A DNA stretch of 64,000 nt from the IMG/VR virus record IMGVR_UViG_3300047539_000012, one strand, 5' to 3'. Positions 10,544 through 20,251 of this stretch are shown piece after piece. The stretch's first letter is position 1, and each line of letters opens with the position of its first letter. Source of the stretch: an uncultured virus (IMG/VR IMGVR_UViG_3300047539_000012) (Duplodnaviria > Heunggongvirae > Uroviricota > Caudoviricetes). The translations under genes were made by a program, and so were the position numbers. Under the pieces are notes generated by a model that did no database searches, was not told where the DNA came from, and saw nothing but the letters and a program-made list of their open reading frames with translations.

Positions 10544-10891
10544 TCAAGCATGGGCATCCCCCTTGTCGATTCGTGCCTGCTGTTCTGCCCGCACCTTGCC
10601 GTCGATGCACGCCTGCTGTTCTGCCCGCACCGTGCCTTCGGTGCAGCCAAACATCGCAGCCTCAACTACGGCAGCCGCAGCCCGCACGGTCATGTGCTCG
10701 GGGGCGTTGACCAGAGCCGTGATTCGCAAAGCGTACTCAATCAGTTGTTCATCGGTCATTGCACGCCCGTTCATCCCCTGTGCCCCATCCCATCGCTTCC
10801 GCAGTTGCGTCATGGCGCGACGCAAGATGACGGCGGGATCACGTTTTAACTTCTGTTCATCAGTCATTTGCATCCTTTCTGTGACATCCAC
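10544..10891 (-). CDS. hypothetical protein
   Basis: internal tandem duplication G.VRAEQQA.ID. Confidence 0.55.
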   Translation of the reverse strand: MDVTERMQMTDEQKLKRDPAVILRRAMTQLRKRWDGAQGMNGRAMTDEQLIEYALRITALVNAPEHMTVRAAAAVVEAAMFGCTEGTVRAEQQACIDGKVRAEQQARIDKGDAHA

Positions 10892-11340
10892 GTCAGGCCG
10901 CCACGAAGGATGGTCATCTTCTTGGTCTGCCAGTAGTAGACTGTGAGCCCTCGACTCGATGCGGCATAGATGTCGAAGTGGTCTTTGTCTGCCCAGCCCG
11001 TGTCACCCAGCCCGTTGCCCGCGATGTTATTGCTGGGTGTGCTCGGATAAGCACCGCTGTTGTTCGGGTGAATGTGAAACAGTGCGAACGTCGTATTGTA
11101 GACGTACACCGTCTGCTTGTCTTTCTCATTCGTGTGCGGCATAATGTCGATAGAATAGAAGCCGTCCGCACCGCTCACTATGAACGTCGCCTCTATGCCG
11201 GTTGTGCCGTTGCCCGATTCCTGCCAGATAGTTTTCAGGGACGTTATAACGTCCGGCTGGCAGTACAGCGGAGCGGTCTGGCCGTGGAGGATATTCGCCA
11301 TCGAGAATATCCAGAGCAGTACCACGATTACTTTTTTCAT
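10864..11340 (-). CDS. secreted protein with JAB/MPN-like motif
   Basis: signal peptide; E...FHIHP.....PS....GD. Confidence 0.55.
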   Translation of the reverse strand: MKKVIVVLLWIFSMANILHGQTAPLYCQPDVITSLKTIWQESGNGTTGIEATFIVSGADGFYSIDIMPHTNEKDKQTVYVYNTTFALFHIHPNNSGAYPSTPSNNIAGNGLGDTGWADKDHFDIYAASSRGLTVYYWQTKKMTILRGGLTWMSQKGCK

Positions 11341-11765
11341 TTCGCCCCCCGTTGCAGAGCAAAGTCATTCGCAGCCGCATACGAGTGTGCAACCGACTCG
11401 CCGCCCATGATTACGTGGCCAGCGATTCGCAGTACACGGTTGTGCGAGCGTTCAAACCTGTATGAGACGTAAGCCTCTCCCGCAGATATAGCGAACATCG
11501 GCAGCGTGGACACGACGGTTGGGTGCTTGCCGTATATCTGTGATGTCCCACGAGGGAACCCCATTTCGGTGAGCCCGCAATTGCAGCGGGTATCCATGAC
11601 GGTTGCGATATAGTCGGCAGACGTGGACGCCCCGAGAGCCACAGCCTCGACTTTGAACGCGGGTGTGATCTCCTGACCATGGGCGTACGTCACCGCAAGC
11701 GCCAGCATCAGAGACGCAAAAAATACGGTGAGAATCCTGTACATCAACTTGGTTCGCATTGTCAC
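11337..11765 (-). CDS. membrane protein
   Basis: signal peptide plus hydrophobic helices; GAGGAG RBS. Confidence 0.6.
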   Translation of the reverse strand: MTMRTKLMYRILTVFFASLMLALAVTYAHGQEITPAFKVEAVALGASTSADYIATVMDTRCNCGLTEMGFPRGTSQIYGKHPTVVSTLPMFAISAGEAYVSYRFERSHNRVLRIAGHVIMGGESVAHSYAAANDFALQRGAK

Positions 11766-11880
11766 AGTGTGTTCTCCTCAGGCTTGATTAGCCCGTACAG
11801 CACTCAGACATTTTCGGAATGAATGCTGTACGGGGCAATCAAGAACTTGCCCCCGCCTGCCACATAGGTGCATGACCGAA

Positions 11881-12081
11881 TCAGCGAGTAATGCACTTCG
11901 TCTTGCTCGGAACTTTGTTGTACTCCGCTTTGTTCGTGGAGTGGGTTGACTTGCCCAGCGTAGCGGCGAACGCCTCTTGCACCGCAGCGCAGCCTTTGCC
12001 TTCGTAGCCGTCAGTATCGACGGTCAGGTTGCCAGTCTCTGGGTCGATCTCGATGGTGATAATTTTATTGCAGTTACCCAC
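11881..12081 (-). CDS. DUF2997-like protein
   Basis: IEID..G.......GYEGKGC......LG.......K.EY pattern; in operon with DUF1257 and the AAA ATPase. Confidence 0.7.
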   Translation of the reverse strand: MGNCNKIITIEIDPETGNLTVDTDGYEGKGCAAVQEAFAATLGKSTHSTNKAEYNKVPSKTKCITR

Positions 12082-12363
12082 TCCAAATTATCTACCGTAC
12101 AATTCTTTTTGTCAAGGTCTTTATGGTTTACTTGAGGAAGATTTAAAGGGTTGGGAATGAACGCTCTTGCAACCAAAACATGAATCGGGGGAGCATATCC
12201 ACGCCCATTAACTGAGACATGCAGGTATCCTCTAACAACATTGGGCTTAAGAACTTTACCCACTTTTGTGGAACGATAGAATGTAAGTCGCTTAACTCGG
12301 CCCATGTTTGACACAGCGTAGTCAGGGAACTGCGGTATGGTTTTCCAGAGTTCCGTCTTGTTC
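12070..12363 (-). pseudogene. NUMOD4-HNH homing endonuclease fragment
   Basis: ELWKTIPQFPDYAVSNMGRVK (NUMOD4) and HVLVARAFIPNP.NLPQVNHKDLDK.N..V.NLEWVT (HNH); no in-frame start before NUMOD4; AT-richer than flanks. Confidence 0.75.
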
Positions 12364-12368
12364 GCTCA

Positions 12369-12779
12369 TTACGCCCCCTTCCGGTCTTGGAACTTGTACT
12401 GGATTTTCCCATTATGGAGAGTCTTGCCAAGATAGCGAAACCCTTTTTTCTTGGCAACTTTCAGTGCGCCACGTTCACCGTACGCGCACTTGAGGCCGAC
12501 TTGCCACTTCGCATTGTGCTTGCCTTGGTCGTAATCGGAAACGATCATGCTGTAAGAGCCGTTCTCGTTTCGTAGGAACCCAAGGTCATTGGCAGAGGGG
12601 CCAATGTTCTTGCGGCGTACGATGATGTGCGCTTTCTGCTGTCGCAAATCACCGTGGTAGCCGTAAAGGTTCTGTGCAATTTCGTTGACTTCGACATCGA
12701 TATACCCGACATCGTTGAGAGCCTGCACTAAGCACTCCGCATCGCGGTACTCAGTCTCGATTGTGTTGTACTTGCTCAT
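12369..12779 (-). CDS. DUF1257-like protein
   Basis: MS.Y..IET.....L..AL...G; L.GY.GD.R...AHIIVRR....SANDLGF......Y..IVSDYD. Confidence 0.75.
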   Translation of the reverse strand: MSKYNTIETEYRDAECLVQALNDVGYIDVEVNEIAQNLYGYHGDLRQQKAHIIVRRKNIGPSANDLGFLRNENGSYSMIVSDYDQGKHNAKWQVGLKCAYGERGALKVAKKKGFRYLGKTLHNGKIQYKFQDRKGA

Positions 12780-13117
12780 TTCGCCTCCAGAAAAAACTCG
12801 TTCAGAAACTGAATCTCATACTCGATTGCAACCCGCCGGTCACAAAAGGCAAGCGGCAGAATCGGGCCGCCCACTGGTTTCGTATTCACTCGCCACAGGC
12901 ACGACCATGTCCGCGTCCAGCCCGCCAGACGGCTGTCGTCTGAGACCAGCATACGGATGACCGTGAATGCCTGCCGCAGAAAGAAGTTCGCGGGCTCGAC
13001 ATGGCTCGCACGTTTCGTGGTCACCGTGCCCAGCCCCTTGAACGCTGCAGCCATCGGACTATCGAGGCAGAGTATGTCGCCTGTCTCGGTGTCCATCGTG
13101 ATCGTGATCTCGTCCAT
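12776..13117 (-). CDS. conserved hypothetical protein of the AAA/DUF1257 operon
   Basis: LG....RASHVEP...W....P.GGP.L..F..R..A...E. Confidence 0.6.
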   Translation of the reverse strand: MDEITITMDTETGDILCLDSPMAAAFKGLGTVTTKRASHVEPANFFLRQAFTVIRMLVSDDSRLAGWTRTWSCLWRVNTKPVGGPILPLAFCDRRVAIEYEIQFLNEFFLEAK

Positions 13118-13277
13118 TGGTATCCCCCGATTAGTATTTGGTGAACGGGCGTATGGTGTTTCCCCGTCCAGCGAAGTCAGCAGCGTCCCTGTTATTCTGC
13201 GTACGCACCCAGCCGGTAGCCCTGTTCACCCACCCCTCGCTTTGCAAACTTGGTTCGCCTGTGCAGCAACGTAAAGT

Positions 13278-13307
13278 ACTATACAGCACCGGAGGAGGGG
13301 CTGTCAA
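13278..13307 (-). promoter_or_regulatory. sigma70-type promoter
   Basis: TTGACA-18-TATAGT. Confidence 0.6.
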
Positions 13308-13308
13308 C

Positions 13309-14247
13309 CTAGTTCTCAGTCCTGAACTTCCGGCCTGAAGTGAGTACCAGAGCCTTCAGCATAGGCTTGACCGCTTCGAGTTCAGAAGCGACTTTCACCT
13401 TGAGGCTGTCGGACTCCCGTAGCTTGTCGATAGAAACTCCGCTCATGATCTTCTTGAGCGTTTCGACATGCTGCTGGTATTCAACGTCATCGGTCACGTT
13501 CTTGAGGCTGTACGTGTCGATGTACTCCTGCAGCCTGTCAAGTTGTCCATCGAGACGTTTACGCTTGCCCGCTTCCGGGCGCAGAACGTCGAACAACGCC
13601 TCGACCATCTTTGCACCGGCCTCGCGCATTGCAGCACGCATATCCTCGGCAGCCTGTGCGATATAACCAGCCTGCTTGCGTTCCTCACGTTCTCGGATAT
13701 TCGGGTCCGCGATGCTGATCGTGCCTGTGGTCTGGATATCCATGTATCCGTAACGGAACGTGAACCCAGAACGCACAGCCGTCGGGTGATCGTAATCTTT
13801 CCGATTGAACTGGTCACCGAGGGCCACGCGAGTCAGAGCAAAATCGCTCTCGTACTCTGCGATATACTTCGCCATGAACGCCTCGACTAGCGCGGGCCGT
13901 CGAATCGTTTCATATGCGACTAGCACACGGTCAACGATTGGGATCATGCCGTCTGCGATAATCAAGACGCCCTCTTGACCAGTGAAACGGTTTGACTTGA
14001 GTTCGACGTACCGCTTCATCTTCGCATCTTGCGAACGTATCTCTTCGAGTTCGGGCGAGTCGATCAACTTCTTGTTATGGCGTAACTGACTCGGGTCTGC
14101 GTTCGTATTGGCCGTGACGCTGATCTGTCGCAGGTTGCCAATGCCCATGTGAAAGTGGGTATAGACGAGACGTGCGCCACGCATCATCTTACTAATGTCA
14201 ATGCCGACCATTGCGGTTTTATCGAATGCTTGCGAGGGTGCTGCCAT
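13309..14247 (-). CDS. DUF3150-like helical protein, C-terminal GRKFRTEN
   Basis: KKLID...LGDQFN..DY...F; coiled-coil character; GGAG RBS. Confidence 0.6.
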   Translation of the reverse strand: MAAPSQAFDKTAMVGIDISKMMRGARLVYTHFHMGIGNLRQISVTANTNADPSQLRHNKKLIDSPELEEIRSQDAKMKRYVELKSNRFTGQEGVLIIADGMIPIVDRVLVAYETIRRPALVEAFMAKYIAEYESDFALTRVALGDQFNRKDYDHPTAVRSGFTFRYGYMDIQTTGTISIADPNIREREERKQAGYIAQAAEDMRAAMREAGAKMVEALFDVLRPEAGKRKRLDGQLDRLQEYIDTYSLKNVTDDVEYQQHVETLKKIMSGVSIDKLRESDSLKVKVASELEAVKPMLKALVLTSGRKFRTEN

Positions 14248-14323
14248 GTTAGTTCTCCATGAGAATTTATGTGGGGCCGTTTAGCAGGCCCCGTTGCTCC
14301 CTTTCGGGTGCGGTTGCATCCAA

Positions 14324-15880
14324 TTACTCCGTACGAAACTTGCGGCCCTCGACAATTTTCGTCGTGGGTTCGTGTTTGATTGGTGACGGCTCGTAGCGGT
14401 AGATGCCGCCTTTCGATGCCGACAGGAAGCGACCGGAGGCGGCACTGCGAATGCCTTCGATGACTTCGTGATGTGACTCATGGAGAGGCACGATATACTG
14501 TGACGCCTCCATGTAGGAGCACGCGAACGCCTGAGCCTTCGCAGCGCAGTTGTCGATGTCGCGGCCCGTCCAGCCTACCATTGCGGGTAGTTCAGAGTTG
14601 GCATCGAGACCATAGGCCGCCAGTTTGATTTTTACAATGCCCGCCTTTTCTTCGTCAGTGGGCATGTCGAAAAACCAAACGCCTCCGAGATTGAATCTTG
14701 AAATTAACTCGGGCGGCAGGCCGTCCAACTTGTTCGCTGTTGCTATCAGCCAGATATGACCATCGCCGATAGCGTTCAGGCAGCGGTTAGCGTTCCGCAT
14801 ATGTCTCGCGGACTTGCCAACGTGCTCATGCTCCATCGCGGAGATGTCATAGTTAAGGACCGGCTTGCCGTACTCGCCAGCGAGACAGTACGGGGACCAC
14901 GACTTGCTTGTGCCAGAGACGCCAAGGTTCAGCGTGCATGTCACATGGTTGTCGTTAATCCAGTTTAGAAACTCGCCCATCAAATTGCCTTTCGTACCAG
15001 ATGAGTCGGTTTCGTTGCCAGCGAATTGCCGCTGTATTTCATCCATGCGGACAATCACCGTCGGTTGTTTCGGGCCAGCCATTAGTCGATGACCAGCCTG
15101 TAGCCATGCATCGCAGCCGCTCATGTTCTTGAGTGTCTCGACTGTCGCGTGATACGTGAGCCCCGGGTTCTGGGTCACGATCTCCCGCTTACGCCCCCAC
15201 AGTGCATAAACGTCAAGGACGCCGGTGACACCGTCAAGGCAGAATGCAACGGCCTGATCGATAGGAAACGGCGGCAGGCCGATAGATGCGTCGGTCGCAC
15301 GTCTCAGGGTTTCGGCGTCGGGCCCCTTCTTGCAGGCAGAGAATTTTTTCTCTTGCCCAGCGTAGGCGAATGCGTTCTTTACGATGTCCTCGATCTCACT
15401 GCGGGTTGGCAGTGGAACTTCGAGTACGAGCACATCCTGTCCGATCTCGGACGGCAGGTCATCGCCCACGCCTTCGAGTAGTACCAGCATATTGCCGCTG
15501 GCCTTATAGTCATCCCGAAGGTTCGCAATGCCCTGAATGATTCGCTTGTCCTCGTCCCAAGCAAGGTGAGCGTTATGGATGAATGCCACAACGTCTGCGG
15601 AGGCCGCCGCGAGCACACCGAGAGCCACGGGCAACGAGACGGTCTCAGCCGCCTCAGTACCCGAAGGCTGCAGCATCTCAGCGATTGCAGCACAGCCCTT
15701 ATCGTTATAGCCCTTCAGGCCGTTGATGCTATCCCACGATATGAGCGGAGTCGATTCTTCTTTCGGCCCGAATGCACTGGCAATAGCCTTCACCGCCGCG
15801 AGTGCATCGTGGGTGCGGATAACAACCTGCGGCGTCGATATCATTCTCGCCGCCATGAACTGCTCAATGTATGTCTTCAC
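14324..15880 (-). CDS. Ycf46-like AAA+ ATPase with permuted Walker A/B order, C-terminal GRKFRTE
   Basis: W....GL N-terminal domain; VRMDEI (Walker B), GVSGTSKS (Walker A), IATAN..LPPEL..RF...FF.D.P, GWTGRDI. Confidence 0.85.
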   Translation of the reverse strand: MKTYIEQFMAARMISTPQVVIRTHDALAAVKAIASAFGPKEESTPLISWDSINGLKGYNDKGCAAIAEMLQPSGTEAAETVSLPVALGVLAAASADVVAFIHNAHLAWDEDKRIIQGIANLRDDYKASGNMLVLLEGVGDDLPSEIGQDVLVLEVPLPTRSEIEDIVKNAFAYAGQEKKFSACKKGPDAETLRRATDASIGLPPFPIDQAVAFCLDGVTGVLDVYALWGRKREIVTQNPGLTYHATVETLKNMSGCDAWLQAGHRLMAGPKQPTVIVRMDEIQRQFAGNETDSSGTKGNLMGEFLNWINDNHVTCTLNLGVSGTSKSWSPYCLAGEYGKPVLNYDISAMEHEHVGKSARHMRNANRCLNAIGDGHIWLIATANKLDGLPPELISRFNLGGVWFFDMPTDEEKAGIVKIKLAAYGLDANSELPAMVGWTGRDIDNCAAKAQAFACSYMEASQYIVPLHESHHEVIEGIRSAASGRFLSASKGGIYRYEPSPIKHEPTTKIVEGRKFRTE

Positions 15881-16239
15881 GATTCCCTCCGGTTGTACTT
15901 GCGAAGTAAACGGTTAGCGGTTTCGACTGCGGTACGAGCATACAGGGGGTGCCGTACTTCAGTCAAGCGTTCAGGTTCCTGTACTCGCCGCCACACGCTC
16001 ACGCGATAGCGGTCAAGAGCCCAAGTGATCTCGACACGATACTTGCCGCTGTCGGTTCTCAGGGCAACGACTTGCTGCCATTCGATGCCGTCCAGCATCC
16101 ACGTATCGAACTTTCTCAGCCGCAGATACTCGATAGAGCCCTGAGGGTCGCGGTAGCGGTCAGCGTCGTGCTTGGTTGGTGGGTTCAGGTTAGCGAACGT
16201 ACCCGGCTTGCATTCACAGTTTGGATTCGTGCAATTCAT
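15877..16239 (-). CDS. hypothetical protein
   Basis: GAGGAG RBS; coupled to the ATPase gene. Confidence 0.6.
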   Translation of the reverse strand: MNCTNPNCECKPGTFANLNPPTKHDADRYRDPQGSIEYLRLRKFDTWMLDGIEWQQVVALRTDSGKYRVEITWALDRYRVSVWRRVQEPERLTEVRHPLYARTAVETANRLLRKYNRRES

Positions 16240-16375
16240 TGTGTTCTCCTCGATTGATTCGTTATGCTAGATTGTCTAGCCTATACAGCACAGAGTGAGC
16301 GAATCAGTTGCCCTTGCGGGTGCCCTTCACTTGCGGCTCTCTGTGCTGTACAGGGCAGACAGCCCCTGTACCTAC

Positions 16376-17832
16376 TCAGCCATTTTCCCGGCAATGTTCT
16401 ATCCGAGATAAATCCGTTTCTTCGATTCGCTTTGGACGATACGCTGCAAAATCGAATATGTAATTGACGGCATCGTTGACTTCAGTTGGGCGGTGCTCAC
16501 GAACCGCAAACCAACGTGACATCAACTCATGACCAGCGGCGTCTGCCTCTTCTTTAGTTGCGAAGACACAGGCGTTCGTGGTCCACGTGTTAGATGAATC
16601 TGCGATGACTTCAGACTTCCATGCCATGATAAATTACCTCAGCATGGCCGCACAGTTCGCGGCCCGCTTGTTGCGGACAGGTGGGACAGCCAATACAGTG
16701 ACCAGCCTGCAATCGAGTTCAGGGTTGGACTTGGACGGCAGGAACCTCTCTGCCGTGCGAGTCTTGAACCCGTGAGCCCTGAGGGTCACCGTCAAGGTAA
16801 AGGCAGCCAACAGGCCCGCCTCAGTGTGAGGAAACGTGAACTTCTCAGGCATACAGCCCCCTATTCGTAGTAGACACCCCCAAGGGCACCGACCACGCGA
16901 GTAAGACCAAGGTCTTTCATGGCCCGATTGCGTGCCCGACGACGGTTGTTATTACGGCGTAACAACTCGTCTTTAGCAATTTTCGCAACGACGGTATTGC
17001 AGTGCTGGTTGTGGAGATACGCTGCAGCGTGGGCTAGTGTGTCCCACGCAGAGCCTACACCGACGCCAGCGTCAAAGGTTTGTACCGCACATTCCCGCAG
17101 TATCTTGATTGCTGCAGGGATGTCAGCATCGATTTGATTGTGAACGGTCTTCGTCGTGACACCGTCAGCAAAAAGATACGTGGTAGTTTTCATGACTAGT
17201 TCTCCTCATCGATAAATTGTAATTCGGCAACTGTCATATCGGTGACTTTCCAGTCACTGAATGCCTTAGTGCAATGGTGTTTGGTTTGGAAGATATGCGA
17301 GACACGCCGCATAAGCGCAACGAGCACCTCTTCATGAAGTGCTATCGATACGCCCGACGGGTAAGTCAACGGGTGAGTCAGCGGATTCTCCAGACGTGAT
17401 TGACGTTGGCGGTTGATGCGGTTCATGCGAACACGCGACAGTGAGTTGTTCCAACGATGGGCAGCCTTGCCCGTGAACGAGATTGAATTGCGTGACATTT
17501 GATTTTTCTCCTATTGATTCAGACCTTGGGGAAGGGCCGATTGATTAGCGTACGGCTTCTATCTGAGCAATTCTCAGCCGCAGATACTCGATGTACTCAG
17601 ACTGCGACAACAGGCTATTGGTGCAGCAGAGCCCACCAAACTTGCCGTCTATCGCTGCGAAGTGAGCATGTCCCATCGTGTTTGCTTTGGGGCAGCCCGG
17701 AAGATTGACAACCTTGACGCGGTCGCCCACGGTCAAGCGGCCCATCTCGACTGCGATAGGCGGATTGCAGCGGTCAATCATGACCGGCACGTAATGGTAA
17801 GTTGCGTTCACGCGAACTTTTTTGTTAGCCAT
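16376..17832 (-). other. cluster of small early hypothetical genes (16376-16627, 16634-16852, 16861-17193, 17196-17498, 17545-17832)
   Basis: tightly packed ORFs with SD sites; identical AGGAGAAAAATCAAATG start regions at two of the genes. Confidence 0.6.
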
Positions 17833-18273
17833 TTGATTTTTCTCCTGATGAATTCGCACTGCAGTCAGCCCCGGTCGTTTGCCTTAGGCTCGTTCCCGTC
17901 GTCGCATAAAGGTTGGCTGCAGTACACGTTATCAGAATTTGTTTGCTGTCGTTTATCTCACCGATTTGTCAGTGAGCTACTTGGAGGTCAGGATGTTCTC
18001 CAGCCGTTACGGGTTCAGCCCTTGCACTCTCACACCGTACGCTTGTGGCGTTTCTCGAAGTTCGCAGCCCCTGACTTCTGCCTGCCGTTCTAAGGACTAA
18101 CAGGCTGTCGCGTTGGATTGCTTATTCTGGTATGAGGCGGATTAGGTCACCGTCTCTCGGTCTTTTATTGTGCCCCGTGGCCTTCACTCCCGGCCACCCC
18201 GACTTGCTTTTTTCTGAGGCTGATTTTCAACTTTGCTTATCGGCTGAGTGTCTTGCACTTCCGACCTGAATCA

Positions 18274-18302
18274 ATAATACCTTATGAGGATATAACTGTC
18301 AA
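18274..18302 (-). promoter_or_regulatory. sigma70-type early promoter
   Basis: TTGACA-17-TATTAT. Confidence 0.75.
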
Positions 18303-18330
18303 TAAGAATCGACAGAGTGTTTTCAACGAG

Positions 18331-20213
18331 TTACAGACTTTCTTCAGGCGTATCGAGTCCGACTCGTTTGTTTCTCTTGCGTTCAAATACGGGCATAGCG
18401 TCGCAGACTTCTGCCACGGGCAGGCTGAGGCTTGCAGCCACGTCGCGGACATCTCGCGGTTGGCTGTTAGCCCACAGGCATAGGCGGCCATCGTACGCCG
18501 TCACCGTGCCTACCAGTGCCTGAATGCGTTCAAGGATAGTCATAGTTTGGCCGCCTTATCGATGATAGCCTGTGTGCGGGCGATCTCGATGGATGTCCAC
18601 TGCACATGGTCGGTGGGGATGTCCGAGTCAAGCATGTCACGATACCGCCGCAACGCGGCCCGTACGATCATCGCTTCGGTGTCAGTCAATTCGATTGTCA
18701 CGGTTAGCCTCCAGTGATTTCAGATACAGTGCCTGATTCAGACTCAGCCACTGTTGCAACTTCGGGTACCAGTACATGAGCGTATCAGTCTCGGGCCTGC
18801 GTTCCTGTCGCGTCGCTGTCTTGCGTGTCACGGTTTCACCCCTTTCAACATGCATACTTCGCACATGCCCCACATGTCACGGGTATGCTTGCAGGTACAG
18901 ATGTCTTCTATCGCGGCGATCTCGCCGAGATACTGCCGATAAGGTTTCGGTGCCTTGCGTCTCGCGGCACACTTGTCGGTTGCTTCCACGGTTGCGATTA
19001 ACCGGCCCTCAGGAGCCCATACCAGAAGATATGTCATCGCGTCACCCTCCGTTTTAATTGTTCTCGCCTTGCAGCGACTTTACGTTTAACATCAAGCGGC
19101 GAAACGTCTTTGCACCCGTGCGACATAAAAGACACGCACACCCAGAGTAAAAATATGATGGAGAAGATCATCGCGTCACCCCCAGAGCATTCATCGCCTC
19201 TTCGTCCGAGAGGATGATATCCGTATCGCAGTTGATGTAAGCATGGCGGCCACTGCTGGCCTGCCACATATACTGTAGGCGAAAGCCAGAGCGAGTCATG
19301 AACGGGACTTCAGTGCCGCCACATGCGGGCGTCCAGTTGCCTTGGTTCTGACGGTGTGTACGTTCCTGAATCATTTCATCGATAGTCATTATTTCACCTC
19401 ACTGCAGGGTTCTACGAACTTGCCAGCGTTTACGACATAGTCCTGAATGCCGCACATGGTGCCCGTGGTCAGGTCAACTCGTACAAGCTGGTGTACTACG
19501 TATGTTTCACTTCCATCCCCAACTTCTCGGGGAAGGTCACGAACCTCGTATTGATGCGAGCAACCCGTAAACAACGTGGTGAGAAGGATTGCGAGTGCGA
19601 CTGCGGCGTTCTGTAGTTTGTTCTTCATGGTGATACCATTGTCGTGCCAGAGCCCGACGTTGTCAAGAGCACCGAAGTGCTAAAATCCGCCATTGTTAAC
19701 AGCCTTGCAGGCAGCATAGCGAGCATATCCAGCCGCCAATTCTGCCGCCGCTTTGGCCTCGCGGGCCTCGACTATGCTACTGGCTTCAAACTTGTATGCT
19801 GCAATCACCCGTGCCCGAGTGCCTGCGGTGCTGGGGTGATCGTGGATTACACCATCGACAACGCCGATAGCATGACGGCTCTTGATGACGATGAAACGGC
19901 CCGAGTTCAGTTTGCTCATTGTCGCGGCCAGCGTGGGTTTAATCCAGCCCCCAGTGCGATAGTCGGCACGCCCGTAGGCATCAACTTGAGTGACGCGATA
20001 TCCGAATATGACTTTTTTCTCACGTGCCCACGTGAGCAACTGGACCGACATATACGTGCCCTTGCGAGCCTGACGGCCTTGTGCTGCCATGAATGTATGT
20101 GCATCGCGGTATGGCACGCCCGTGGCGACCATCAAAGCCTTGACTGTGCAGTCCTTGGTTTCATTCTCGAAGCCTGCATCCCGTTGCGGTAGAGTGTTGC
20201 TGTAGTTCGTCAT
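18331..20213 (-). other. cluster of small immediate-early genes, including a lipoprotein (19389-19628) and a 177 aa ORF (19680-20213)
   Basis: coupled ORFs; FTGC lipobox in 19389-19628; DCTVKAL..ATG..Y..AH motif in 19680-20213. Confidence 0.6.
19629..19666 (-). promoter_or_regulatory. sigma70 promoter with very short leader
   Basis: TTGACA-17-GACAAT-ggtatcacc-ATG. Confidence 0.7.
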
Positions 20214-20251
20214 GGTGATACCATGATATGGCAGTCCATGACTGGTGTCAA
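20214..20251 (-). promoter_or_regulatory. sigma70 promoter with very short leader
   Basis: TTGACA-17-TATCAT-ggtatcacc-ATG. Confidence 0.75.
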
